In this document: piece by piece, positions 16,876 to 26,481 of the stretch
How positions within the stretch are numbered: position 1 is the first letter of the stretch
Layout of the letters: each line of letters begins with the position of its first letter
DNA from: Minisyncoccota bacterium
GTDB taxonomy: Bacteria > Patescibacteriota > Minisyncoccia > Phycocordibacterales > UBA9973
Direction of reading: 5' to 3'
NCBI GenBank assembly: GCA_043776915.1
Contig: JAYVQT010000034.1
Span: forward strand, 1-54,581
DNA length: 54,581 nucleotides
The notes under the pieces: generated by a model
Database searches by the model: none
What the model was told of the DNA's origin: nothing
The model's input: only the letters and a program-made list of their open reading frames with translations
Program-made: the position numbers and the translations under genes

Positions 16876-18243
16876 GTGATAAAGTATGAATATATGATAA
16901 ACCGTACATATACGAAAGATTTAAAAAATTTTATAGGAGACGAAGTTACTATTGCCGGCTGGGTAGATGTGCGACGAGACCAAGGTAAGATGGTTTTCAT
17001 GGATATGCGTGACATGACGGGTAAAGTTCAGTGTGTTGTCTTACCAAACCATATTGAAGCTATACAGTCAGTCAAAGAAGTTCGTACGGAGTGGGTACTT
17101 AAAGTTACTGGCATCGTTAATAAGCGTCCAGAGAAAAATATAAAGGAGGGGATACTGAACGGCGATATTGAGCTTGAAATACTCGGGATTGAGATTTTAG
17201 CTGAGGCTGCACCGCTTCCATTTGATATGTCGAATGATGGCTATAATCTTGATCTCACGACCGAGCTTGATAATCGCGCACTTGTGCTCAGACAAGCAAG
17301 TGTACAGGCAGTTTTTAAAGTTCAAGAAACTATCATTGACTCATTCCGCACATTTATGAAAAAGAATATGTTTTTTGAATTTCAAGCACCATCGATTACA
17401 CCCGCAACTGCTGAAGGCGGAGCGGAAGTCTTCCAAGTTAACTATTTTGATAAGAAAGCGTATCTAACTCAGTCACCACAACTCTACAAGCAAATCGTTA
17501 TGTCGGCTTTTGAGCGATGCTTCTCCGTCAATAAAGTATTTCGGGCTGAACCTTCATCGACTACTCGCCACCTGACAGAAATTGTGTCGCTTGATGCTGA
17601 GATGAGCTTTATAGACTCATGGACTGATGTGCGTGATATGGCTGAAGAAACAGTTCGATATATTTTAAATCAAGTTGCAGAAAAAAACAGCGAGCATTTG
17701 CAACTACTTAAAGCGACACTCCCAACTATGATCGACAAGACTCCGACACTTTCACTTCGCGAAGTTCAGCAGAAAATTTTTGAAAAGTCCGGACGTGATG
17801 TTCGCGGAGATAAAGATACAAATCCTCAAGACGAGCGGGAAATCTGCGAAATTATGAAGGAAGAAACAGGTTCAGATTTTGTCTTTATCTATGGTTACCC
17901 AACACGTCAGAAGCCATTCTATATATATCCAAGTCCAGAAGAGCCTGAATATAACCAAGGTATGGATTTAATCTGTCGTGGAGTCGAGTGGCTCTCTGGT
18001 GGACGTCGTATCAACGATTATAAACAACTCGAAGAGCATGTCAAAATGTGGAATATGGATCCAACTAAAATTAAAACATATCTTGAAGCTTTTAAGTATG
18101 GAGTGGCACCCGAAGGTGGTTTTGCGTTTGGTGCCGAGCGTATGACAATGCAAATTCTTGAACTCAAAAATATACGTCAAGCCTGCATGTTCCCCCGCGA
18201 TATGAACCGAATTGATGAGAAATTAAATAGCGATGGGTTCTAG
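16876..18243 (+). CDS. aspS: Aspartyl-tRNA synthetase, archaeal/type-2 (probably non-discriminating)
   Basis: Class IIb OB fold (VTIAGWVDVRRDQGKMVFMDMRD), motif 2 (FRAEPSSTTRHLTE), and motif 3 (GGFAFGAERMTMQ..FPRD). About 450 aa with no bacterial insertion domain. The start is uncertain (GTG 16876 or ATG 16894). AsnRS is not fully excluded. Confidence 0.75.
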   Translation: MIKYEYMINRTYTKDLKNFIGDEVTIAGWVDVRRDQGKMVFMDMRDMTGKVQCVVLPNHIEAIQSVKEVRTEWVLKVTGIVNKRPEKNIKEGILNGDIELEILGIEILAEAAPLPFDMSNDGYNLDLTTELDNRALVLRQASVQAVFKVQETIIDSFRTFMKKNMFFEFQAPSITPATAEGGAEVFQVNYFDKKAYLTQSPQLYKQIVMSAFERCFSVNKVFRAEPSSTTRHLTEIVSLDAEMSFIDSWTDVRDMAEETVRYILNQVAEKNSEHLQLLKATLPTMIDKTPTLSLREVQQKIFEKSGRDVRGDKDTNPQDEREICEIMKEETGSDFVFIYGYPTRQKPFYIYPSPEEPEYNQGMDLICRGVEWLSGGRRINDYKQLEEHVKMWNMDPTKIKTYLEAFKYGVAPEGGFAFGAERMTMQILELKNIRQACMFPRDMNRIDEKLNSDGF

Positions 18244-18286
18244 GATTACATTTACCCTTTATTTTAAAGCCATAATGAGCTAGAAT

Positions 18287-19075
18287 ATGGCCATGCAGGA
18301 AGAATTAATACTCTCAACATACACAGTAAAAGCAGGTTCATTTGAAGGTCCACTTGAGCTTTTACTTTCGCTTATTGAGAGTCGGAAGCTTTTTGTAAAT
18401 GAGATATCGCTTGCACAAGTAACTGAAGATTATATACAGTATATTCGCTCACTTTCCGATGTTCCGACCGAGAAGCATATTGCCGACGTCTCTTATTTTA
18501 TATTAATCGCGGCGACTTTGATACTCATCAAATCAAAATCATTACTTCCGAGCTTGGCATTGACCGAAGATGAGACAGAGAAGATTACAGATCTCGAAAA
18601 AAGATTAAAGCTTTACCAGATTATTAAAAGTGCCAGTGTTGATATTGGTACTTACTTTGGCAAGCACATTATATTTCGTCCACTTGAGCGAGAGTGGAGT
18701 GAGCCATTCTTCTCGCCGGACCCAAGTATTACCGTGAGCTGCATGCTTCAGTCAGTGTCTGATGTACTTGCCCATGTACCAAAAAAAGAAGAAAAGCTTC
18801 CAGAAGTTGAAGTTCGAAGAATCATTAATATCGACCAAGTTATTAATAGTCTGACTGACCGTATACAGACAGCTTTGAATATGTCATTCAAAGATTTTGC
18901 TCAGAGCCATAATGCGAGTGATACGGCCGAGGCCCGTGTTCACATTATTGTTTCGTTCTTGGCTATGTTAGAATTGGTACGCGAAGGGATTATTGATGTC
19001 ATTCAACATGCGTCTTTTGGAGACATAGAAATGAATAAACAACAAATACTAGAAAATAATACTACGAACGAATAA
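18287..19075 (+). CDS. scpA: Segregation and condensation protein A
   Basis: FEGPLELLLSLIESRKLFVNEISLAQVTEDY is the ScpA N-terminal signature. It is followed directly by scpB. Confidence 0.85.
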   Translation: MAMQEELILSTYTVKAGSFEGPLELLLSLIESRKLFVNEISLAQVTEDYIQYIRSLSDVPTEKHIADVSYFILIAATLILIKSKSLLPSLALTEDETEKITDLEKRLKLYQIIKSASVDIGTYFGKHIIFRPLEREWSEPFFSPDPSITVSCMLQSVSDVLAHVPKKEEKLPEVEVRRIINIDQVINSLTDRIQTALNMSFKDFAQSHNASDTAEARVHIIVSFLAMLELVREGIIDVIQHASFGDIEMNKQQILENNTTNE

Positions 19076-19076
19076 C

Positions 19077-19607
19077 ATGGAACTTGAATCAAAAATTGAA
19101 GGATTACTTTTCTATAAAGGCGAAGAAATGTCTGTGTGGAAATTGGCGCAGTTGCTTGAAGTTACTCCAGAGCTTGTTGATGAGGCGCTTCTAAAACTCG
19201 AGCATTCATTCGTAGGTAGAGGATTGACTCTGATTAGAAAAGATGAAGTGGTGATGCTCGGCATTGCGCGCGAACTTTCGCCGATTATCGAATCAATTCG
19301 CAAAGATGAGATAACTCGCGATCTCTCAAAGGCTTCACTCGAAACATTTTCAATCGTCCTGTATAAAAGTGGCATTACTCGAAGTCAGATCGACTATATT
19401 CGTGGAGTGAACTCAAGCTTTATACTTCGCAACCTACTTATCCGTGGATTAATTGAGAAAGTCATAGATGAGACAGATAACAAACGGGCATTATACCGAC
19501 CGACATTTGATGCGCTCGCCTACATGGGTATCACAACTATTACTGACTTACCTAACTATGATCAGATCCGTACTGAATTAGAATTAGCGATACATCAAAG
19601 TAAGTAA
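19077..19607 (+). CDS. scpB: Segregation and condensation protein B
   Basis: A tandem winged-helix protein of 176 aa (IEGLLFYKGEEMSV..., LSKASLETFSIVLYKSGITRSQIDYIRGV), immediately after scpA. Confidence 0.85.
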   Translation: MELESKIEGLLFYKGEEMSVWKLAQLLEVTPELVDEALLKLEHSFVGRGLTLIRKDEVVMLGIARELSPIIESIRKDEITRDLSKASLETFSIVLYKSGITRSQIDYIRGVNSSFILRNLLIRGLIEKVIDETDNKRALYRPTFDALAYMGITTITDLPNYDQIRTELELAIHQSK

Positions 19608-19608
19608 T

Positions 19609-20658
19609 ATGACAAATGCTCTCAAAATTCTACTACCCGCAACTATTACTTTTATTATTGGTATTATTCTGACTCCCGTTGCTACACACTACTTTTATAA
19701 GTATAAAATGTGGCGTAAAGTATCACGCTATGACAATGTACCCAACCCAGCCTTTCAAACCATTAATGACGGGGTTGGCGAGCTTGCCACACCTCGCACT
19801 GGTGGCATGATAATCTGGATATCAGTTATTGTGACTATTTTTATATTAGGGTTGGTTGATTATATTTTTAATACTACATTTACAAATAAATTATACTTTA
19901 TCAGCCGAAATCAGACACTTTTGCCACTGTTTACTCTTATCATGGCGTCACTTATTGGTCTAGGTGATGATGTGCTTCAGATCTTTGGACGAGGCACATG
20001 GGCTAATGATCCGATCAAACTCCGCTACTTTAAGATGAGTATTATCGTCGGGCTTGGTCTGATTATTGGCTGGTGGTTCTTTTCTAAGCTTGGTATCTCA
20101 CAAATTTATGTACCATGGCTTGGTTTTATAGAACTTGGGTATATGTTTATTCCATTTTTTATTTTAATTATGCTCGGCGTGTGGTCAACAAGTGTTATTG
20201 ATGGTATTGACGGACTTGCTGGTGGTGTGCTTGCTCCGATATTTGCAAGCTATACACTCATTGCCTTTTTTCATACTCAAATAGATTTAGCAGTATTTTG
20301 TGCTGTTATTACTGGTGGTATCCTTGCATTCTTGTGGTTTAATATTCCGCCAGCACGTTTTTATATGGGTGAGACCGGCATGATTGGACTCACGGTCACA
20401 CTTGCTGTGATTGCATTCCTTACAAATACTATTTTCTTACTTCCTATTATTGCATTTCCGTTGTTTATTACATCAGTATCAGCTGTTATTCAAATGAGTG
20501 CACGAAGATTTTGTCATGGTAAAAAAGTATTTCTCTTTGCTCCGCTTCACCATCATTTTGAAGCGCTCGGATGGCCGAAGTATAAAGTCACCATGCGGTA
20601 CTGGATTGTCGGAGTTGTAACAGCTATAATTGGAGTTATTATTTCTCTTGTGAACTAA
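19609..20658 (+). CDS. mraY: Phospho-N-acetylmuramoyl-pentapeptide transferase
   Basis: 10-TM protein with MraY motifs (TPRTGGMI, GLGDDVLQI, IDGIDGLAGG, PARFYMGETG, PLHHHFE). Confidence 0.92.
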   Translation: MTNALKILLPATITFIIGIILTPVATHYFYKYKMWRKVSRYDNVPNPAFQTINDGVGELATPRTGGMIIWISVIVTIFILGLVDYIFNTTFTNKLYFISRNQTLLPLFTLIMASLIGLGDDVLQIFGRGTWANDPIKLRYFKMSIIVGLGLIIGWWFFSKLGISQIYVPWLGFIELGYMFIPFFILIMLGVWSTSVIDGIDGLAGGVLAPIFASYTLIAFFHTQIDLAVFCAVITGGILAFLWFNIPPARFYMGETGMIGLTVTLAVIAFLTNTIFLLPIIAFPLFITSVSAVIQMSARRFCHGKKVFLFAPLHHHFEALGWPKYKVTMRYWIVGVVTAIIGVIISLVN

Positions 20659-21776
20659 TGGTACGTCAGGAAACAAAAAAAGGTGGAATAGATAAAATCT
20701 TTTTCGGAATAGTTCTGGCGCTTATTATTCTTGGTGTGATTATGTTTACTTCAGCTTCACTTGGAATTCTCGCCAAGAATGAAACGAAATTCTATGGTGT
20801 CATGTTTGCCCAAATCGTCCTAGGACTTTTTGGAGGATTAATTACGCTCTATTTCGGGTTAAAGATTCCTTATAAATTTTGGCGAGATTATTCACTACCA
20901 TTATTTATTATTTCTATTATTCTCACAGTACTAGTCTTTGTACCCCGTCTCGGAGCTCTTCATGGGGGAGCACGCCGCTGGGTAACTCTTGCAGGATTCT
21001 CATTTCAACCAGTTGAATTTTTAAAGATCGGCTTTATTTTTTATTTTGCAGCGTGGTTATCATGGGTTAAAGGACGAATTACTGATGTTCGATTCAGTCT
21101 CTTACCACTTTTTGTGCTCCTTGCTATCATTGCTATTATTCTTTTAAAACAACCAGATACAAAAAGTATTATTCTTATTATTATTACTAGTATTGCTATG
21201 CTGCTTGTTTCTGGTGTGCCATGGAAATACATATGTGGACTTCTTGGCATTAGTATTATCTGTTTTATAGTTCTTGTAACCTTTAAACCCTATCTCATGG
21301 AGCGTATTAATACGTTTATTCATCCGAGTAAAAATAGTAGTAGCTCATCGTATCAACTACAGCAATCCTTAATCGCTGTTGGTTCTGGAGGAATATTTGG
21401 CAGAGGACTTGGTCAAAGTATTCAGAAGTTTAATTACTTACCGGAACCACAAGGTGATTCAATTTTCGCTGTTATCGGTGAAGAGCTTGGGTTTTTCGGT
21501 GCTGTTATTTTTATTTGCTTGTATGTAGCTTTTGCCCTTCGTGGTTATCGGATTGCGTACCATGCCCCCGATTCTTTTAGTAAGCTACTTGTTATTGGCA
21601 TTATTACCATCATCACTGCTCAATCATTCATGAACATCGCTTCTATTATCGGACTATTCCCACTGACAGGAGTGCCTCTCGTATTCATCAGTCATGGAGG
21701 TACGGCATTACTTCTCTCGATTGGTATGATGGGCATTGTACTTAATATTTCTCGCTACTCGAAAAAGCCACACTAG
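20658..21776 (+). CDS. ftsW: SEDS-family peptidoglycan polymerase FtsW/RodA
   Basis: Polytopic protein with SEDS motifs (RWVTLAGFSFQPVEFLKI, YLPEPQGDSIFAVIGEELGF). Sits in the classic position between mraY and murG. Confidence 0.88.
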   Translation: MVRQETKKGGIDKIFFGIVLALIILGVIMFTSASLGILAKNETKFYGVMFAQIVLGLFGGLITLYFGLKIPYKFWRDYSLPLFIISIILTVLVFVPRLGALHGGARRWVTLAGFSFQPVEFLKIGFIFYFAAWLSWVKGRITDVRFSLLPLFVLLAIIAIILLKQPDTKSIILIIITSIAMLLVSGVPWKYICGLLGISIICFIVLVTFKPYLMERINTFIHPSKNSSSSSYQLQQSLIAVGSGGIFGRGLGQSIQKFNYLPEPQGDSIFAVIGEELGFFGAVIFICLYVAFALRGYRIAYHAPDSFSKLLVIGIITIITAQSFMNIASIIGLFPLTGVPLVFISHGGTALLLSIGMMGIVLNISRYSKKPH

Positions 21777-21811
21777 AAAAGATACAGAAAATACGTTAGA
21801 ATACTGACTAT

Positions 21812-22939
21812 ATGAAGATATTACTTACAGGTGGGGGAACAGGTGGACATTTCTATCCACTCATCGCTATCGCTGAAGCGCTTAATGATGTTGCGGAAAA
21901 AGAAAAAATTGTTGATTTAAAGCTATACTACATGGCTGATGCACCATATGACAAGAGAATGCTTTTCGAAAATCGCATGACCTACATCCAAATTCCAGCT
22001 GGAAAAATGCGGATGTATTTCTCTATTCATAACTTCTTTGATCTTTTTTCAACAGCTATAGGTACTTTCTTTGGGTTACTGAGTATGTTTTTTATCTATC
22101 CTGATGTGGTTATTTCCAAAGGCGGCTACGCAGCCTTTCCTGCTGTTTTTGCTGCTAAACTCCTTCGCATTCCAGTTATTATTCACGAATCAGATTCATA
22201 CCCAGGTAGACTGAATATGTGGACAGCAAAATTTGCAAAGAAGATTGCAGTCTCGTGGCCAGAAGCTGGAGAGTTGTTTCCAAAAGATAAAACAGCGCTC
22301 ACTGGTCAGCCTATTCGCAAAGCTCTGCTCCATGCCAACCCAGAAGGTGCCTTTACATTTTTTAATTTCACGTCTGATCTACCTGTACTATTTATCTTTT
22401 GTGGTTCACAAGGTGCCGAGAAAATAAACAATATTATTATTGAAATTTTACCAGATCTATTGTCACGCTATCAAGTTATACATCAGACTGGCCCAAAATT
22501 ACACGATGATATTGTCTCTCGTTCGCGGTTAATACTAGAAAACAATCAAAATATCAATCGATATAAACCAATTGCCTTTCTAAATAATCTGACAATTCGT
22601 ATGGCCTCTGGTGCAGCCACACTTATTGTCTCACGTGCGGGATCTTCGATATTTGAAATTGCTTCGTGGGGTGTGCCGTCACTTATAATTCCCATCACAA
22701 ACTCAAATGGTGATCATCAGAAGAAGAATGCTTTTTCCTATGCGCGAAGTGGTGCGTGTATAGTTATCGAGGAAAGTAACTTATCACCCCATGTGCTTGT
22801 CTCAGAAATTGACAACATACTGAATAGTAATGATCGCTTAACTCAAATGAAACAACGCGCCCTTGCATTTGCGAATCCTGATGCTGCTATTAAAATTGCT
22901 CAAGCTGCCATTGATATTGCGTTAACTCACGAATCATAA
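21812..22939 (+). CDS. murG: UDP-GlcNAc:lipid I GlcNAc transferase MurG
   Basis: N-terminal GGGTGGHFYP and C-terminal SRAGSSIFEIASWGVPSLIIP..HQKKNA, which are typical of MurG. Confidence 0.92.
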   Translation: MKILLTGGGTGGHFYPLIAIAEALNDVAEKEKIVDLKLYYMADAPYDKRMLFENRMTYIQIPAGKMRMYFSIHNFFDLFSTAIGTFFGLLSMFFIYPDVVISKGGYAAFPAVFAAKLLRIPVIIHESDSYPGRLNMWTAKFAKKIAVSWPEAGELFPKDKTALTGQPIRKALLHANPEGAFTFFNFTSDLPVLFIFCGSQGAEKINNIIIEILPDLLSRYQVIHQTGPKLHDDIVSRSRLILENNQNINRYKPIAFLNNLTIRMASGAATLIVSRAGSSIFEIASWGVPSLIIPITNSNGDHQKKNAFSYARSGACIVIEESNLSPHVLVSEIDNILNSNDRLTQMKQRALAFANPDAAIKIAQAAIDIALTHES

Positions 22940-22940
22940 T

Positions 22941-24425
22941 ATGTCAGAAAGAAATCAAAAAAAGGTTGTCACTCGTTTTGCTCCATCACCAACGGGCTAT
23001 ATGCATATTGGTGGTGTCCGAACTGCATTGTATGCATGGGCGTATGCCAGAAAACATGGTGGTACATTTATTCTGCGTATTGAAGATACTGACAAAGAGC
23101 GTGAAGTCGAGGGTTCGATAAAGCATATTATAGAGTCTCTCACATGGCTCGGTATCACCTGGGATGAAGGCGTAGATATTGGTGGTCCTCATACTCCGTA
23201 CGTACAATCAGAGCGATTAGATTCTTATAAAAAATATGCTCAAATTTTAATTGACAGAGGTCTTGCATATGCAGATCCATATACCAAAGAAGAGTTGGAT
23301 ATCTTTCGTAAAAAAGCCGAAGAAAAAAAGATTCCATTTCTCTATAGAGATTATAGACCAGAGAATCCTCCTGTATGGGATGGCACAATGCCACTTCGCT
23401 TGAAAATAATAAACCCTGAAAGAACTACATGGACAGATCTTGCGCGTGGTGAACTTTCGGCTGGGCCTGAAGCGCTTGATGACTTTATACTTATTAAAAG
23501 TGATGGGTATCCGACATACACTCTTGCCCACATTATTGACGATCTTGAGATGGGAGTCACACATATCATGCGATCCGACGAATTCATTTCTTCAGTGCCA
23601 AAATTTTTGGCTTTGTACGATGCTCTGAGTATCAACAGACCAGAATTTGTAACTCTTCCACCGATTATGGGAGCAGAGGGTACAAAGAAGCTTGGTAAGC
23701 GTGATGGCGCCAAAGGTATTCTTGACTATCAAGATCAAGGATATTTACCGCAAGCTATGATGAACTTTTTGGCATTGATTGGCTGGAATCCGGGAACTCC
23801 CCAAGAAGTATTTACCGAAAGTGAATTTATTCAAGCCTTTGATATTTCACATATTCACAAGAGTGGTGGCAAGTACAATGAAGAGAAGCTAGACTGGCTC
23901 AATCGTGAGCATTTGAAGCGACTTTCATATGAAGAACAGGAAGAATACATAGAGCATTTTATTCCGGATGGTCTCAAAAAGTTACCTACATATTCAAATA
24001 CTATAATCCACAATATTACCCCGCTTATTATGGAACGTATTTCCAAAGGTAGTGACATTGTAAAGATGGCCGAAGCTGGCGAACTTGTATACTTCTTTGG
24101 CAAGCCTATCTATGACGCAGAAGCACTCTTTTTTAAATCATCAAAAATTCCAGCAGAAAATAAATATAGTATACTTGCTTCATACCTGACTCAGGTTATT
24201 CTAATTTTAGATACTATCATAGACTCTTCATTTACTAAAGAAATAGTCAAAGAAAAGTTATGGCCATATGCAGAAAAAGTTGGCCGTGGTGATATTCTAT
24301 GGCCAATACGCTACGCACTCTCTGGCCTCGATAAATCCCCTGATCCATTTACACTTGCTGAAGTATTTAGCAAAAAAGAAACAATCAAACGCTTAGAAGT
24401 TGCAGTTCAATTGCTACAGAAATAG
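22941..24425 (+). CDS. gltX: Glutamyl-tRNA synthetase
   Basis: RFAPSPTGYMHIGGVRTALY (HIGH variant) and KLGKRDG (KMSKS variant). 494 aa. Confidence 0.92.
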   Translation: MSERNQKKVVTRFAPSPTGYMHIGGVRTALYAWAYARKHGGTFILRIEDTDKEREVEGSIKHIIESLTWLGITWDEGVDIGGPHTPYVQSERLDSYKKYAQILIDRGLAYADPYTKEELDIFRKKAEEKKIPFLYRDYRPENPPVWDGTMPLRLKIINPERTTWTDLARGELSAGPEALDDFILIKSDGYPTYTLAHIIDDLEMGVTHIMRSDEFISSVPKFLALYDALSINRPEFVTLPPIMGAEGTKKLGKRDGAKGILDYQDQGYLPQAMMNFLALIGWNPGTPQEVFTESEFIQAFDISHIHKSGGKYNEEKLDWLNREHLKRLSYEEQEEYIEHFIPDGLKKLPTYSNTIIHNITPLIMERISKGSDIVKMAEAGELVYFFGKPIYDAEALFFKSSKIPAENKYSILASYLTQVILILDTIIDSSFTKEIVKEKLWPYAEKVGRGDILWPIRYALSGLDKSPDPFTLAEVFSKKETIKRLEVAVQLLQK

Positions 24426-24439
24426 GGTATACTGAACTA

Positions 24440-25753
24440 ATGATACGGCGTTTTATCTGTAGTATAAGTATCGCATTACTCTGTGTAAGCTTTTTACCAC
24501 ACGCTCTTTTTGCTGCGACAGCCGAGAGTGTGCAGCAGCAAATCAATGATACAAACAGCCAAATTCGAGCTCTCGATAAAGAGATACAGATGTATCAAAG
24601 CCAAATTTCTGAAACGAATCAAAAATCAAATACACTCGCTAACCTTATCAAAGAATTAAATGCAACTCGTGCTAAACTTACTGCCGAGAAAAACCAAACA
24701 GAGAAGAGAATTACAGCTACTGGATTCGTTATTTCTTCACTCAGAACTACTATTACAAGTGAAGAGGAGTCTATTGCCAAAAGTAAACAAGCACTGATGT
24801 CGATGATCCGAGGCTTACGTCGAAATGACAAGCTGACAAGATTTGAAATGCTTCTTATTGAAAATAATTTCACAAATGTTACACGCGAATATAACAACTT
24901 AGTGGTACTAAATGAAAAAGTTCGTGATCATATTCGTGAGACAAACAAGCATAAAGAAATCCTTTCTGAATCAAAAAATGAGAAAGAAGTGGAACAAAGC
25001 AAACTATCGCAACTTAAAGAGAATTTACTACAGAAGAAATTAGCTGTTGAAATTACTAAAAAAGAAAAAGATACACTTCTCATTGAAACAAAAAATCAGG
25101 AATCAAATTATAAAATACTGTTAGCTGAACGTATTAAAAAGCGCGACTTGTTTGAAAAAGATTTGGCAAGCTACGAAAGCCAACTTAAATTTATTTTGAA
25201 TCCAAAGCTTTTACCAACAGAGGGCTCTGGTATACTTGCGTGGCCACTTGATACAGTGTACATAACCCAGCTTTTTGGACGCACACAAGCCGCCAAGCGC
25301 CTCTATGTCTCAGGCTCACATAGTGGTGTCGACCTTCGGGCTTCCATTGGTACAGCAGTAAAATCTATGGGTAACGGCACCGTTATAGGAACGGGAGATA
25401 CGGATTTGTATTGTAAAGGTGCTTCATTTGGCAAATGGGTGTTTATAAAATACGACAATGGTCTCTCTAGTACTTATGGCCACCTTTCTCTCATATCTTC
25501 AAGCGCTGGACAGAAAGTAAAGACAGGGGACATCGTAGCACTCTCAGGTAATACTGGCCACTCGACTGGTCCACACTTACATGTGACAGTCTATGCCTCA
25601 CAAGGAGCTGATGTAAAGACTGTTCCGAGTTTGAGTTGTAATGGTAAAACATTTACCATGCCTATTGCGCCGACGAGTGCATATCTTGATCCTATGCTTT
25701 ATCTACCGACTACTATTCCTACTATGCGCAAAAATGATACTCCTCGAGATTAG
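24440..25753 (+). CDS. Secreted coiled-coil M23 metallopeptidase (EnvC/LytM-like)
   Basis: Signal/TM segment, then a long coiled coil, then a C-terminal M23 domain (HSGVDL..., TGHSTGPHLH). A TATACT box at 24428-24433 lies 6 nt upstream of the ATG. Confidence 0.88.
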   Translation: MIRRFICSISIALLCVSFLPHALFAATAESVQQQINDTNSQIRALDKEIQMYQSQISETNQKSNTLANLIKELNATRAKLTAEKNQTEKRITATGFVISSLRTTITSEEESIAKSKQALMSMIRGLRRNDKLTRFEMLLIENNFTNVTREYNNLVVLNEKVRDHIRETNKHKEILSESKNEKEVEQSKLSQLKENLLQKKLAVEITKKEKDTLLIETKNQESNYKILLAERIKKRDLFEKDLASYESQLKFILNPKLLPTEGSGILAWPLDTVYITQLFGRTQAAKRLYVSGSHSGVDLRASIGTAVKSMGNGTVIGTGDTDLYCKGASFGKWVFIKYDNGLSSTYGHLSLISSSAGQKVKTGDIVALSGNTGHSTGPHLHVTVYASQGADVKTVPSLSCNGKTFTMPIAPTSAYLDPMLYLPTTIPTMRKNDTPRD

Positions 25754-26449
25754 GCATAATTAAAGTTAGGTACAATTAATCGTAATTTTTCTCCATGATT
25801 TTTATTAAATTCATCATTGTTTGCATTCCCCATAAAATCAAGACAGTATGGGCGTTGCGAAGCAACGCCCACTCCTTAGTTCGTTCAGAGCCCCTTAGTT
25901 CCATTCTGGTGCTCCTAGTGTCTGGGTTTCCGAACTGATAAAGCACCATTCACTATTGAAAATTAGTATAGAAGAATTTAAGAAATTTAAGTACTCTTTC
26001 TGGTAGATAGAGATCAGTCAAAAAAATAACCCTATCTGGCTCGTGTGGAAGGATATCTTACTAACAATTAAATGGGAAGATATGTTCCCCTATCCTAGGG
26101 TATCGTTACAACAGATACGTTCTTTACGTACCATAGCTTCTGTATGACATTCATAATGTACATATGTGCACATGTTCACTGGCTCCGAACCTGGGAGGAT
26201 GTACGGAATGCTATAAGAAATTAAAAAACATCTGGGCCATCTCCCACGGTCGAGATCACCATTATTTCTTAAATAGTTCAAAATCGGATGTCTCCATTAT
26301 TTTCTTTCATTCATTTTAAATGTCGAAGTCGCTGCCCACGGACTTAGTGTCCGCTGAATTTAGAACATACAGAGAAAATAGGAAGTTACTTCCCGTATTA
26401 AATTCTGTGCTTTAATTATTAACAGTGGTATAAGTTTTCGTAATTCAAA
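25754..26449. other. ORF-free region of about 700 nt with local GC-rich structured segments; candidate ncRNA or degenerate element
   Basis: The only ORF of 60 aa or more is an implausible one at 26090-26281. The 9-bp GC hairpin gggcgttgc-gaa-gcaacgccc sits at 25850-25870. By hand count, 25841-25930 is about 53% G+C, against a much more AT-rich background. Confidence 0.3.
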
Positions 26450-26481
26450 GTACAATAGAATTTTAGCTAATTCTATTGTAC
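26450..26481 (-). terminator. Hairpin overlapping the stop codon of the PG-binding protein gene
   Basis: Perfect 13-bp stem gtacaatagaatt/aattctattgtac with a 6-nt loop. Only a weak U-tract follows on the minus strand. Confidence 0.45.

Noticed and set aside
26090-26281. A 63-aa minus-strand ORF inside the ORF-free region
   Set aside because: Its composition is odd and Cys/His/Arg-rich. It has no start context or promoter and no similarity to anything recognisable, and it lies within the GC-rich structured segment.
26300-26350. RNase P RNA-like string on the minus strand (..cuAAGUCCGUGGGCAgcg.., reminiscent of the GGAAAGUCCGGGC CR-I/P4 strand)
   Set aside because: No complementary P4 3' strand (ACA.AA.CCCACGGCUUA-like) was found, and no other conserved RNase P blocks occur in the surrounding 700 nt. 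The resemblance is limited to about 10 nt.
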